DNA from: an uncultured virus (IMG/VR IMGVR_UViG_3300025387_000001)
Lineage: Duplodnaviria; Heunggongvirae; Uroviricota; Caudoviricetes
Length of the DNA stretch: 64,000 nucleotides
Direction: 5' to 3' (one strand)
IMG/VR virus record: IMGVR_UViG_3300025387_000001
Below the pieces are notes generated by a model. That model ran no database searches and had not been told where the DNA came from. It saw nothing but the letters and a program-made list of their open reading frames with translations. Of this stretch, positions 48,930-59,166 are shown one piece after another. The stretch's first letter is position 1, and every line of letters begins with the position of its first letter. The position numbers were made by a program, and so were the translations under genes.

Positions 48930-49621
48930 GTTTTCCAATTCACCTTGTAGCACAACTTGGATTAAGGATGTGTGGTGCTATGACAGTGCCTGGACTAGGC
49001 ATACCAACAAATGTTCGTATCAATAACATGATTCCTGCATTAGAAGGTGATAAGGACTCCCATAATCTTTTAGGTTTTCTTATTAATGTATTACAGCATA
49101 ATGTAATGATTGGAGGTATACCCGCTATTCCTTCTATCATAAGCATGGCTGCACCAGACGTTCTTGGTATTATACCACACGTTCAAGGTTTTCCTATTCC
49201 TATTACAGGTTCTCAAAATGTTAGAATAGGACAAGGTAGCATGGGTGCCGCTCTTGGTATCATGCAGAGATTGACTGGTGGTGGATTTGGCGCATTACAG
49301 GTAGGTGAACTTGTCTCTGTTGCCGGCCAGGTATTAGGAACAGTATCCACATTCACTCAAATCGGTGGTGGAGGTGCAGTAGCACAGATAAATGGTTTAT
49401 CACCAGGAGTTTCAGTATCACCTGGAACTATTATATATGGTCAAACATCAGGACATTATATAATTCCAGTTGTTTATGTTGATAGCAGGCAAAATACATA
49501 TCCAGCTTTGGCCGATGTTACCAATGCCGTTGTGTCTGACACAGGCGACATTATTGTTTTACAAACTTATCAAGATTATTATCCAGCAATGAATTTAACA
49601 GCATCAGTGGTGACAGCATGA
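48926..49621 (+). CDS. Possible PAAR-like spike protein with C-terminal extension
   Basis: RMCGA, NVRINN.PA.EGD..H, NVMIGG.PA, PH...GSQNVRIG. Confidence 0.5.
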   Translation: MSFPIHLVAQLGLRMCGAMTVPGLGIPTNVRINNMIPALEGDKDSHNLLGFLINVLQHNVMIGGIPAIPSIISMAAPDVLGIIPHVQGFPIPITGSQNVRIGQGSMGAALGIMQRLTGGGFGALQVGELVSVAGQVLGTVSTFTQIGGGGAVAQINGLSPGVSVSPGTIIYGQTSGHYIIPVVYVDSRQNTYPALADVTNAVVSDTGDIIVLQTYQDYYPAMNLTASVVTA

Positions 49622-49986
49622 CAGTATCTATAGCAAATCTTACAGCAACATGGATTGACGTATCCAATACTTATACAGGAATTGGTATGAATGTTGCCGC
49701 ACCCTTTGGTGCTAGTTCTACTTCCAGACTTTTAAATTTGAGTGTTAATGGAACATCCGAATTTAGTGTTGATGCCAATGGTAGAGTATATGTAACATCT
49801 ATTCATTTTAATAATTTTTTGGTTTCTCAATTGCCTTCAGCATCTTCTGTTCCTAGAGGAACATTTTATTTTGTTGTGGATTCATCAAATGACTTCTCTA
49901 ACAATGTTACAGGAGTTATTGTTGCTGGTGGAGGTGGTATGTCCGTTCCTGTTTATTCTGATGGTACGAATTGGTTAATAGGTTGA
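49618..49986 (+). CDS. Hypothetical structural protein
   Basis: beta-rich; LPSAS...VPVYSDGTNW motif typical of fibre/baseplate modules. Confidence 0.5.
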   Translation: MTVSIANLTATWIDVSNTYTGIGMNVAAPFGASSTSRLLNLSVNGTSEFSVDANGRVYVTSIHFNNFLVSQLPSASSVPRGTFYFVVDSSNDFSNNVTGVIVAGGGGMSVPVYSDGTNWLIG

Positions 49987-50073
49987 CAAGACCAATAAGT
50001 TTACTATATAATATATGTGGATCTTCCAAGAGGAATCATCCACTTTAATTCTCGCTAACTATAGGAGAAACAC

Positions 50074-50631
50074 ATGACTAAAACATTTGATAAAATGACT
50101 GAACATCTACTATTTGACCCTTTTGGGTTTACAACTGGAAATCTTCCTAAAACTGCCATTGGGTTTGATACAATCCTAAAGCGATTACAGGAAGCAAGTG
50201 AATACGCTCCAAAAATCCCATCATACCCTCCATACAATATCAAGAAGGTCGACGAGGAACATTTTGTTATCGAAATCGCCCTTGCTGGTTTCGGAAAACA
50301 GAACCTTGATATTGAATTGAAGGATGATATCCTTACGGTTTCTGGCCGCTTAGAGAATGATGATAAAGACTACATTTTCAAAGGTATTGCTGACCGTGCT
50401 TTCACTCGCCAATTTACACTTGCCGACACGGTCGTTGTAAAGAACGCGGAGATGGCTAATGGACTTCTTAAAATCTTTCTTGAACGATTTATTCCCGAGG
50501 AGAAGAAGGCGAAGAAAATCGACATCCTGGATCCGTTCGGCGTCGGGGAGGCGACGAGACAGTTCCTCACTGAGGCAACGGCGTTTCAAAAGCAGCTTGC
50601 TGGAGAGAAGACAGGTAAGAAAGTAGCCTAA
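50074..50631 (+). CDS. Small heat-shock protein Hsp20 (IbpA-like)
   Basis: SYPPYNI, EIALAGF, KGIADRAFTRQFTLAD, NGLLKI. Confidence 0.93.
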   Translation: MTKTFDKMTEHLLFDPFGFTTGNLPKTAIGFDTILKRLQEASEYAPKIPSYPPYNIKKVDEEHFVIEIALAGFGKQNLDIELKDDILTVSGRLENDDKDYIFKGIADRAFTRQFTLADTVVVKNAEMANGLLKIFLERFIPEEKKAKKIDILDPFGVGEATRQFLTEATAFQKQLAGEKTGKKVA

Positions 50632-50644
50632 GTAAGTATAACAC

Positions 50645-50679
50645 GGCCGGGACCTCTGATACAAGTCCCGGTCTTCTTT
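50645..50679 (+). terminator. Probable intrinsic terminator
   Basis: GGCCGGGAC...GTCCCGGTC-TTCTTT. Confidence 0.6.
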
Positions 50680-50689
50680 ATAGGATGTT

Positions 50690-51466
50690 ATGATGAAACT
50701 TGTGATTACAGATGCCCCTAAGGGTCCTAAGACCGTAACGGTTGTTACGCCTACAATAGGTTCTCCAAAACTACAAGATGCTTTAGATAGTGTTGAAAAG
50801 CAAACCTATAAACACATCAAACATCTTATTGTAGTTGATGGTAAAGAATATGCCAATGGTGTATTTGAACAGGTTGGACTTCCACCAAAAGATAAAGTAA
50901 AAGTCCTTATTCTACCAGAGAACACAGGTAAAGTTGGTGACCAATCTTTTTATGGTCATCGTATCTATGCTGGTATTCCACATCTACTAAACTCCGATTA
51001 CATTCTCTTCCTTGATGAAGACAACTGGTATCAACCAGATCATGTTGAAACATTGGTAAATACTATTGAACAAAACGGCCTAGATTTTGCCTATTCTCTA
51101 AGACAGATATATAGTCCAGATAAAGAATATCTATGTGATGATAAATGTGAAAGTTTAGGTAAGTGGCCAATATTCGCCTCACGCAATTCTCCTTATGGAG
51201 ATCAGTTCCTAATAGACACATCATCATTCTGTTGGAAGAAAGAGTTTCTACAAAAGACATGTCACTACTGGCACGCCGGTTGGGGTGGAGACCGCCAGTA
51301 TCTCTATGCGGTGAAAGATCGTAGCAAATACGATACTAGTGGAAAACACACCCTTTGCTATCGTCTGGATGGTAACCCCAACTCGGTAAATAAAGAATTT
51401 TTTGATGCAGGTAATAAGATAAATGAACAATACTATGAAGGGAAGTTTCCATGGCTAAAGATTTAA
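50690..51466 (+). CDS. Glycosyltransferase family 2
   Basis: VTVVTPT, SVEKQTY, IVVDG, FLDEDNW. Confidence 0.88.
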   Translation: MMKLVITDAPKGPKTVTVVTPTIGSPKLQDALDSVEKQTYKHIKHLIVVDGKEYANGVFEQVGLPPKDKVKVLILPENTGKVGDQSFYGHRIYAGIPHLLNSDYILFLDEDNWYQPDHVETLVNTIEQNGLDFAYSLRQIYSPDKEYLCDDKCESLGKWPIFASRNSPYGDQFLIDTSSFCWKKEFLQKTCHYWHAGWGGDRQYLYAVKDRSKYDTSGKHTLCYRLDGNPNSVNKEFFDAGNKINEQYYEGKFPWLKI

Positions 51467-52350
51467 TTGTAGGTGTGGTTGATAATTATAATTGGGATAA
51501 AATCAAATACTGGGCCAATTCAATTAAAAAGTCCGGTTTTTCCGGACATAAAGCACTTATAGTATATAATATGGATGCAGAAACAGTAAAGAAACTTACT
51601 GATGAAGATTTTATGTTGGTTGGATGTAATCAATACGATGAGCAAAAAGGATTTTTACATGACAATTCTCGCGGATCTGTTATGGTTGATCGCTTTTTTC
51701 ATTTATACAGTCTCTTAAATGTATTGAGTGAACCAGTAAATAATGTTATTATGACTGATGTTAGAGATGTGGTTTTTCAGAATAATCCTTCTGAATGGTT
51801 AAGTAAAAACTTTTTTGGAAATATTCTTGTTGGTTCCGAAAATTTAAAATATAAAGATGAACCATGGGGTAAGAATAATTTACAACAATCATTTGGTCAA
51901 TATTTCTTAGAAACATATGGCGATAATGAAATCTATTGTGCCGGTGTTATTTCTGGAAATAGAAATGCTATGCGTGATCTTGCATTAAATGTTTGGTTGG
52001 TTTGTCGTGGCCTAAATCCACACGTTCCGGGCGGAGGAGGTCCAGATCAAGCGGCGCTCAATGTCCTTTTACAAACGGAAGTATATTCATTAACAACTAA
52101 ATTTACAAATCCTATCGATGGTTGGGTTGTTCACGCTGGTACATCACTTCCTGCTATACAATCTGGGTCAGGTGGTATTGGCGAAGAATATAGAAGAAAT
52201 CCAAATATGCACTTGCCATTCGTGCGTGGTATAGAGTATAATGTAATCAACAATGAAGTTCATGCAAACGGAAATAAAGTATCAATAATTCACCAGTGGG
52301 ACCGAGTACCTGAATGGAAAGAACTATTTACTAATAAATTTGGAGATTAA
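51451..52350 (+). CDS. GT-A-like glycosyltransferase/hypothetical
   Basis: TDVRDVVFQ, CAGVISG, DQAALN, IHQWDR. Confidence 0.65.
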   Translation: MAKDLIVGVVDNYNWDKIKYWANSIKKSGFSGHKALIVYNMDAETVKKLTDEDFMLVGCNQYDEQKGFLHDNSRGSVMVDRFFHLYSLLNVLSEPVNNVIMTDVRDVVFQNNPSEWLSKNFFGNILVGSENLKYKDEPWGKNNLQQSFGQYFLETYGDNEIYCAGVISGNRNAMRDLALNVWLVCRGLNPHVPGGGGPDQAALNVLLQTEVYSLTTKFTNPIDGWVVHAGTSLPAIQSGSGGIGEEYRRNPNMHLPFVRGIEYNVINNEVHANGNKVSIIHQWDRVPEWKELFTNKFGD

Positions 52351-52352
52351 TA

Positions 52353-52949
52353 ATGGCACTTTCGGATGATGATTTTAGAACTATTAAAGAACTAGGTGAT
52401 AAGTGGCCTTATGATTGGGTATCGGTAAAAGGTTTAGCACCTTATATCAAACGCCTTGGAGAAAATATTGTTGGTGTTGAGATTGGTACTTGCCGTGCCG
52501 AGTCAACATCATTTCTATTAGATAAATGCCCAAACATTCTGATGTTATACACCATTGATCCTTATAAAGCATATGAGGATTGGAACGGTGAAATCAATCA
52601 AAATGTTATTGATAAGTTTATGATGATTGCACAAGAGAACCTAAAAGAATATGATGAACGAGTTCAAATGATTAGAGAAACATCCTCTAATGCTGCATCT
52701 AAGATTAAGACTATCACCAATAAAGAAGAATTTGATTTCATCTTTGTTGATGGTGATCACTCTTATGAGGCCACATATGCTGACTGTGAGTCATACTATC
52801 CTTTGCTCAAGAAAGGTGGTTTGTTTTCTGGCCATGATTATTCTTCTATTGAGGCAGTTAAACGTGCAGTAACAGATTTTCGTAATGATTATAAGATTAC
52901 TGCACCTATCAATCTTTCAACCAATTCAGCCTTTTTCTGGTACAAGTAA
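52353..52949 (+). CDS. Class I SAM-dependent methyltransferase (Methyltransf_24-like)
   Basis: GVEIGT, IDPY, FDFIFVDGDHSYE, LKKGG..SGHDY. Confidence 0.88.
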   Translation: MALSDDDFRTIKELGDKWPYDWVSVKGLAPYIKRLGENIVGVEIGTCRAESTSFLLDKCPNILMLYTIDPYKAYEDWNGEINQNVIDKFMMIAQENLKEYDERVQMIRETSSNAASKIKTITNKEEFDFIFVDGDHSYEATYADCESYYPLLKKGGLFSGHDYSSIEAVKRAVTDFRNDYKITAPINLSTNSAFFWYK

Positions 52950-53836
52950 TGGGACGTAAACCTCTTCGCATTGGTTTTGCCGATACCTTTACAACGGCAG
53001 TAAACTTCTTTATGGATGTTTTTAACAAACACTATCATGTTATCCGTGATGATGTGAACCCGGAGTATTTGATATATGGTGAAGGAGAGTTTGGTCGTTC
53101 TAATGAAAGGTTTGATAAGACCAAAGTAAAGAAGATATTCTATACAGGTGAAAACGCAAGGCCTCCATATAATGATTGCTTTGCTGCTATGACCTTTGAT
53201 CATGAGAATAGTCCTAGGCATTATCGTTTACCATTGTATATTATTGATATGCATGGTGCCATTCAAGAAGGATGGACGGATGATTTTCTACAGATCAAGA
53301 ATGTAGTCCGTGATTATGAAAAGGATTATGATAACAGAGATTTCTGTTCTTTTGTTGTATCGAATCCTAGACAGCATATGCGAAACGCTATGTTCGAGAT
53401 GATGAGTGGATATAAAAAGGTACATTCGGCCGGTCCACATCTAAACAATATGAACGCAATTCTACCAAGAGACAAATTAAAGTATAAACTAGAGTTCCTT
53501 GATAACTACCGTTTCAACATTTGTTTTGAGAATGGATCACATCCTGGATATGTCACAGAAAAAATCCTTAATGCTTTTCAAACCAAAACGATGCCTATCT
53601 ATTGGGGATCGGAAACTGTTGGTCGTGACTTCAATACCAAAGCATTTATTAATGTTCATGATTTCCAAACATTAGATGGTGTGAAGAATTATGTAAAACA
53701 TTTGGACTCTCCTGCTGGTAAACAAGAGTACCTAGATATAATAGAGAGACCAGTATTTAAGAATGATATTCCTAATGAGTTTACGGACTTACACAACCTT
53801 TATGAATGGTGGGATAAGTTTGTTATGGAGGCATGA
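52949..53836 (+). CDS. Glycosyltransferase family 10 (alpha-1,3-fucosyltransferase-like)
   Basis: YTGEN, FCSFVVSN, YRFNICFENGSHPGYVTEKI, PIYWG. Confidence 0.88.
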   Translation: MGRKPLRIGFADTFTTAVNFFMDVFNKHYHVIRDDVNPEYLIYGEGEFGRSNERFDKTKVKKIFYTGENARPPYNDCFAAMTFDHENSPRHYRLPLYIIDMHGAIQEGWTDDFLQIKNVVRDYEKDYDNRDFCSFVVSNPRQHMRNAMFEMMSGYKKVHSAGPHLNNMNAILPRDKLKYKLEFLDNYRFNICFENGSHPGYVTEKILNAFQTKTMPIYWGSETVGRDFNTKAFINVHDFQTLDGVKNYVKHLDSPAGKQEYLDIIERPVFKNDIPNEFTDLHNLYEWWDKFVMEA

Positions 53837-54783
53837 TGAGACTATTGTTTGTGGTTCACCGCTATGCACCTTATCCTGGCGGTAGTGAGTATTATGTGCA
53901 GAATATGGCCGAAGAGATGCTTCGTCGGCGCCATGATGTTATCGTATTAGCACATGAACACAAAGGTGAATATAACGGTATAAAAGTTTCTGATGATTAT
54001 CAAGCAATGCTAGGTGATCAAAAATGGGACCTCATAGTTGTCCATGGTGGTGATTGCATCTCACAGAATATAGTTCATGTAAATGCTGATAACATACAAT
54101 CACCAGTCCTTTATCTGATTGTTAAACCATCTGAAAGTTCAATATGCTTGCATGGCCTAAGAGAACACCGATTCCTTGGATATTCTACAAGCATGGATAT
54201 CGATCACCTCAGAAAACATAATGTATTGGAGAAAGGTCGCCGTATTCGTCACGGTATTGAACAAGTGGCATACTTTAGACATGAGTTTGATAAGAAAAAA
54301 ACTATCTTTGTTTCTGCCGGTGGTTTTTGGCCACATAAAGCAATGGGTCCTCTCGCACAAGCATTTACTAAAGCAAAGATTCCTAATGCTGAACTCCATC
54401 TATATGGATATGGTGAAGAACATTTGATGCCTGCTGAGAATGATGTGGTCAAATGTTTCTTTGGTAAACCTAAGACGGATGTTTTATTTGAGATTTCCAG
54501 TGCAGATGCTTATATCATGAACTCCTATGAAGAGGGATTTGGTCTTGTCCTTTTAGAGGCTATGATGAATAAGACACCATGGTACGCCAGAGATATTGCC
54601 GGTGCCAAAGATATGTGCTACCATGGCACCACTTATAAAGATGAGAAGGAGTTGATGGAAATTCTCCGTAATCATAAGAGAGATGAAGAAAAGATTGATA
54701 ATGCCTATAACTATGTCATGGCAAACCACACCATACAAGATACTTGTAATGACATAGAGGATGTTTTATTGGAGACAAAATGA
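53833..54783 (+). CDS. Glycosyltransferase family 4
   Basis: YPGGSEYY, EEGFGLVLLEAM. Confidence 0.85.
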   Translation: MMRLLFVVHRYAPYPGGSEYYVQNMAEEMLRRRHDVIVLAHEHKGEYNGIKVSDDYQAMLGDQKWDLIVVHGGDCISQNIVHVNADNIQSPVLYLIVKPSESSICLHGLREHRFLGYSTSMDIDHLRKHNVLEKGRRIRHGIEQVAYFRHEFDKKKTIFVSAGGFWPHKAMGPLAQAFTKAKIPNAELHLYGYGEEHLMPAENDVVKCFFGKPKTDVLFEISSADAYIMNSYEEGFGLVLLEAMMNKTPWYARDIAGAKDMCYHGTTYKDEKELMEILRNHKRDEEKIDNAYNYVMANHTIQDTCNDIEDVLLETK

Positions 54784-56015
54784 TGAAAGTATCAGTTATC
54801 GGTGCCGGCGGGCACGTAGGGTTTCCCTTTGCTTGTGTTGTGGCCGAAGCAGGACATAATGTATATGGTATTGATATTAACCAAGATGCCGTTGATAAAC
54901 TAAATGCTGGTATCACACCTTATGAAGAAGAAGGTGGTGAAGATATACTGAAAGTCAATCTAAAGAAAGAGAGAATACTTTTTACCACCGATTTTGATTT
55001 CATCAAGGACTCTGATGTAGTGGCTATTATGATTGGCACACCGGTAGATGGAGAAGGTAATGCCCGCCTTGATGATCTTTTTAGTTTTGTTGATGATACT
55101 CTTATTCCTCGCATGAAAAAAGGACAGTTGATTGTCCTTCGTTCTACAGTGTCACCAGGAACTACAGAGGTTCTCCGTAAGCATATTGAAAAGAACCATG
55201 GTTGGGTAGAAGGTGAAGACTATCATCTTGTATTCTGTCCTGAGCGAGTGGTACAAGGCCGTTCTATTATTGAGACAACAAAACTTCCACAGATTGTTGG
55301 TGCATTTAGTGAGGAGTCTTACTTACAGGCCGCATTATTCTTTAATAGTTTCATTAAGAATAAAGTTTTTCACCTTTCACCAAAAGAAGCGGAACTTGGT
55401 AAGTTGATGACTAACATGTATCGTTATGTCACATTTGCCTTTGCTAATGAAATGTGGATGATTGGAGAGAAACATGGTATCAACATCGACAAAGTTATTG
55501 ACGCATGTAACTATGATTATCCTAGAATGGATGTGCCTCATCCAGGCCCTAATGTTGGAGGCCCTTGCCTCTTCAAGGACGGTCGTTTCTTGCTTAGTGA
55601 CATTCCCTTTGGTGATCTTATTAACACTAGCTTTCTTATTAATGAAGGTATGCCAGATTATGTGTTTAATCGCATTAAGGATATCAACCCGAACATCGAG
55701 AAGATCCTTATTCTAGGTGCTACATTCAAGAAAGACTGTGATGATACTCGCAACAGTCTTTCATACAAGATGCGTAAGGTATGTAAGAAGCACGGCGTGG
55801 AATCTGATATGTGGGATCCTTTTGTTGAGGGAAATACATGTATGATACCTCAAGAGGCTGATGCTATTATTGTAATGACTCCACATACAGGTATGGAATC
55901 CGTATGGCCTCTAGATTGGTTTAGAAAAGATTGTATTGTTGCCGACCTCTGGAAAATGTATCCAGAAAGTAAACTAAGTAAGACAGGCATTTATAAAGTT
56001 GGAGATGTTAAATGA
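54780..56015 (+). CDS. Nucleotide-sugar dehydrogenase (UDP-glucose/GDP-mannose family)
   Basis: GAGGHVG, RSTVSPGTT, CPER, GGPCLFKD, FKKDCDDTRNS. Confidence 0.92.
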   Translation: MMKVSVIGAGGHVGFPFACVVAEAGHNVYGIDINQDAVDKLNAGITPYEEEGGEDILKVNLKKERILFTTDFDFIKDSDVVAIMIGTPVDGEGNARLDDLFSFVDDTLIPRMKKGQLIVLRSTVSPGTTEVLRKHIEKNHGWVEGEDYHLVFCPERVVQGRSIIETTKLPQIVGAFSEESYLQAALFFNSFIKNKVFHLSPKEAELGKLMTNMYRYVTFAFANEMWMIGEKHGINIDKVIDACNYDYPRMDVPHPGPNVGGPCLFKDGRFLLSDIPFGDLINTSFLINEGMPDYVFNRIKDINPNIEKILILGATFKKDCDDTRNSLSYKMRKVCKKHGVESDMWDPFVEGNTCMIPQEADAIIVMTPHTGMESVWPLDWFRKDCIVADLWKMYPESKLSKTGIYKVGDVK

Positions 56016-56986
56016 AAGTATTAGTGTGTGGTAGTGAAGGATCATTAGGTCAAGCAGTTGTTCCAAAACTTTTGAGAGATAAGCATATTGTCTATGGTGT
56101 TGATAACTTGGTTAGATACGGTGAACGCCTTGGTATTGCCGGTGAAGGATATGAGTTTCGCAAGGTAGACCTTACGGACCGTCCTTCTGTTGATGCTCTT
56201 GTGAAATCTGTCCAACCAGATGTTATATTCCAAATGGCAGCCAGAATATACGGCGTCGGTGGTTTCAATAAGTATTGTGCCGATATTCTAGGTGAAGATT
56301 TAGCACTACATAATAATGTCCTCAAGGCCGCAGTAGACCACGGCGTCTCCAAAGTTGTTTATACATCATCGTCTATGGTGTATGAGAACTGCCAAGGTAC
56401 TGTAAAAGAGGATGATATTGATACGGTGGTTGCTCCTTACACAGAGTATGGACTATCAAAGTTTGTCGGCGAACGAATGTCTATTGCTTTTGAGAAACAG
56501 TATGGTGTATCATATACAATTTGGCGTCCATTTAATATTTTAACTCCATATGAGAAATCGGAAGGTCAACAAGGTACTGCTCATGTATTTGCCGACTTTA
56601 TGCATGAGATTATTATCAAGCGTTCAAACAATATTCCTCTTCTTGGTGATGGACAACAGATCCGTTGCTTCACATGGATTGATGAAGTAGCAGAGGCGAT
56701 TGCAACATACTCATTTTCTAATAAATCTGATAATCAGGCATTCAACCTTGGCAATCATGAACCAATCACAATGAAAGAACTTGCTAAAAAAATCCGTGCC
56801 ATTGCTGAAACTGAGTTTGGATGTCAATATGATTATGCTATGACCTTTGACCATAAACCAGCATATAAGAACGATGTTCGTTATCGTGTTCCTAATGTTG
56901 ATAAAGCAAAAGAAATACTTGGTTGGGAAGCAAAGATGAAAGTTGATGATAGTCTTCGTCTTTGTATTAGGGATGCTTTAAAATAA
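56012..56986 (+). CDS. NAD-dependent epimerase/dehydratase (extended SDR)
   Basis: GSEGSLG, TSSSMVY, YGLSK, GDGQQIRCFTWI. Confidence 0.9.
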   Translation: MKVLVCGSEGSLGQAVVPKLLRDKHIVYGVDNLVRYGERLGIAGEGYEFRKVDLTDRPSVDALVKSVQPDVIFQMAARIYGVGGFNKYCADILGEDLALHNNVLKAAVDHGVSKVVYTSSSMVYENCQGTVKEDDIDTVVAPYTEYGLSKFVGERMSIAFEKQYGVSYTIWRPFNILTPYEKSEGQQGTAHVFADFMHEIIIKRSNNIPLLGDGQQIRCFTWIDEVAEAIATYSFSNKSDNQAFNLGNHEPITMKELAKKIRAIAETEFGCQYDYAMTFDHKPAYKNDVRYRVPNVDKAKEILGWEAKMKVDDSLRLCIRDALK

Positions 56987-57591
56987 TGGAAATAAATGAA
57001 GTAAACTTCAGCAATTTAGGTTTTCTCAAAATCATTCTAAGTGATGATGATGTAAAACCTATTGTGTATGAAGTTGAACAATTGCAAAAAAATTTTGATG
57101 ATGCGGTTAGATTCAATCAAGGCCTAGCTGGACATCTCAATAATGAGTATTATTTATTTGAATGTAAAACATATATGGAAAGTTTATTACTACCTTTAGT
57201 TTATGAGTATAAAGATAAATTTTCTCATTTTGAATGTAAAGAGAAAGGATATTTTTTAGAAAATGTTTGGGTTAACTATCAAAAAAAACACGAATTTAAT
57301 CCAGTTCACCACCATTCAGGTGTGTTTAGTTTTGCTATGTGGTTGAAAATTCCATATTCAATTGAAGATGAATATAAAACATTTCCACATATATTACAAC
57401 ATGAAAATATTACCGCTAATTTTTGTTTTCAATACACAGATGTTCTTGGAGATATTCAAAGATATCCTATACCGGCAGATAAAAGTTGGGAAAACATGTT
57501 AGTATTTTTTCCCTCTAAATTAAGACATTTTGTAAATCCATTTTATACTAGTGATGATTATAGAATAAGCGTTTCTGGAAACTTTGCATAA
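56986..57591 (+). CDS. Putative 2OG-Fe(II) oxygenase
   Basis: WVNYQKKHEFNPVHHH, FFPSKLRHFV.PF...RISVSGN. Confidence 0.8.
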   Translation: MEINEVNFSNLGFLKIILSDDDVKPIVYEVEQLQKNFDDAVRFNQGLAGHLNNEYYLFECKTYMESLLLPLVYEYKDKFSHFECKEKGYFLENVWVNYQKKHEFNPVHHHSGVFSFAMWLKIPYSIEDEYKTFPHILQHENITANFCFQYTDVLGDIQRYPIPADKSWENMLVFFPSKLRHFVNPFYTSDDYRISVSGNFA

Positions 57592-57600
57592 GGATATATT

Positions 57601-58173
57601 ATGAAACTTACTATAGAACAATCTGTTATTATTGACATTGGTGCTGGCCCACATCCAAAACCAGATGCAACGGACCGTATGGATATACACCAGTGGGCAG
57701 GTACAACAAAGGTACATGACCTTCATCACTTTCCTTATCCATATGATAGCGATTATGCTGATAAGATTTACCTTGGTGATGTTGTTGAGCATTTGATACA
57801 CTTTGCGGTACCACAAGTTCTAAAAGAAATCCACCGTATTTTAAAACCAGGTGGTAAGTTTGAGATCACCTGTCCAGATGTTATGTGGATTATGGAACGT
57901 ATTGTCTATGATGACTGGAAAGAAAAGGCTAACGTTTCTTGGTTGAATACACACGAGGATCCTTGGGAGAATGCCATGGACTATCTATTTGGTGGATGGC
58001 GTCATCCAGAAGAGTTTAAAATTCCTGGCATGGGACATATCAATGGTTTCTGTGAGAAGTCATTAGTCAATCTTTTACAAGAAGCAGGATTCACGGGCAT
58101 TTACCGTGAAGATGATGAACGTAACCCAGAACCAGCAAGAGGTGCGGTTCTAAAATTGGTAGCAATCAAATGA
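57601..58173 (+). CDS. SAM-dependent methyltransferase (Methyltransf_11-like)
   Basis: DIGAG, VVEHL, EIHRILKPGG. Confidence 0.82.
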   Translation: MKLTIEQSVIIDIGAGPHPKPDATDRMDIHQWAGTTKVHDLHHFPYPYDSDYADKIYLGDVVEHLIHFAVPQVLKEIHRILKPGGKFEITCPDVMWIMERIVYDDWKEKANVSWLNTHEDPWENAMDYLFGGWRHPEEFKIPGMGHINGFCEKSLVNLLQEAGFTGIYREDDERNPEPARGAVLKLVAIK

Positions 58174-59120
58174 AGAAATTTGTAGTCACAGGCTGTAACG
58201 GTTACATTGGCAGTCATATGTGCTATGAACTAAAGCGAACCTATCCGGATTGCTTTATCATAGGAGTAGATAAAAATGTTAGACCGCATTTGCGGCATCT
58301 TTATGATGCTTTTAGCTGTGTTGATCTTTCTCTCAATACCGCTTATTTCTCAAGAGGAGAAGTCGATTGCCTCTTCCATTTCGCAGCATATATCTCAGTG
58401 GAAGAAGGGGAAAGAGACCCTTGGTCATATTATAGAAACAACGTCGGAGCCACATTAAACACCATTGATATGGCAAAAAGATGTAAGATAAGAAACTTTA
58501 TCTTTTCATCTACGGCTGCGGTGTATGGTGAATCCAAAAGTCAAATGTTTGGTCATTTGTTGGAATCACAACCGATGAATCCTGTTTCTGTTTATGGTAA
58601 GTCTAAGGCTATGTGCGAAACTATCCTTGAAGGTGTTAAAGATATGAATGTAGCACGCCTAAGGTATTTTAATGCCTGTGGTAGAAACGTAGAGGCCAAC
58701 CTCTATGAAGAACATGATCCAGAGACACATCTTATTCCACTATTAGCAAGAAACAAAACTGCCACAATATATGGTGATGATTATCCTACGGTAGATGGAA
58801 CTTGTATTCGTGATTATGTTCATGTGATTGATATTTGCCGAACACATATCGCGGCCTATGAATACATAAACTTCTTGGATAATACCAACATCGTCCTCAA
58901 TATAGGTTCTGGTAAAGGTTATTCTGTGAAAGAGGTTGTTGATAAGGCCAACGACGTATTACATAATGGTGAAATGAGAATAGAGTATAAAGAACGCCGA
59001 GATGGTGACGTTCCCTATCTTGTTGCTGATAACACTAAACTAAAAGAACTATTAGGTTACTATCCACAATATACTTTAGATGATATTATGGAAAGTATGA
59101 AACCGTCACAAAACGGTTAA
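58170..59120 (+). CDS. galE: UDP-glucose 4-epimerase
   Basis: TGCNGYIGSH, FSSTAAVYG, YGKSK, LRYFNACG, PETHLIP, DGTCIRDYVHV. Confidence 0.92.
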   Translation: MKKFVVTGCNGYIGSHMCYELKRTYPDCFIIGVDKNVRPHLRHLYDAFSCVDLSLNTAYFSRGEVDCLFHFAAYISVEEGERDPWSYYRNNVGATLNTIDMAKRCKIRNFIFSSTAAVYGESKSQMFGHLLESQPMNPVSVYGKSKAMCETILEGVKDMNVARLRYFNACGRNVEANLYEEHDPETHLIPLLARNKTATIYGDDYPTVDGTCIRDYVHVIDICRTHIAAYEYINFLDNTNIVLNIGSGKGYSVKEVVDKANDVLHNGEMRIEYKERRDGDVPYLVADNTKLKELLGYYPQYTLDDIMESMKPSQNG

Positions 59121-59166
59121 TGTTGCAAAGCAATAAATAATAGGTCTCCTAACCAGAGAGGTTGTT

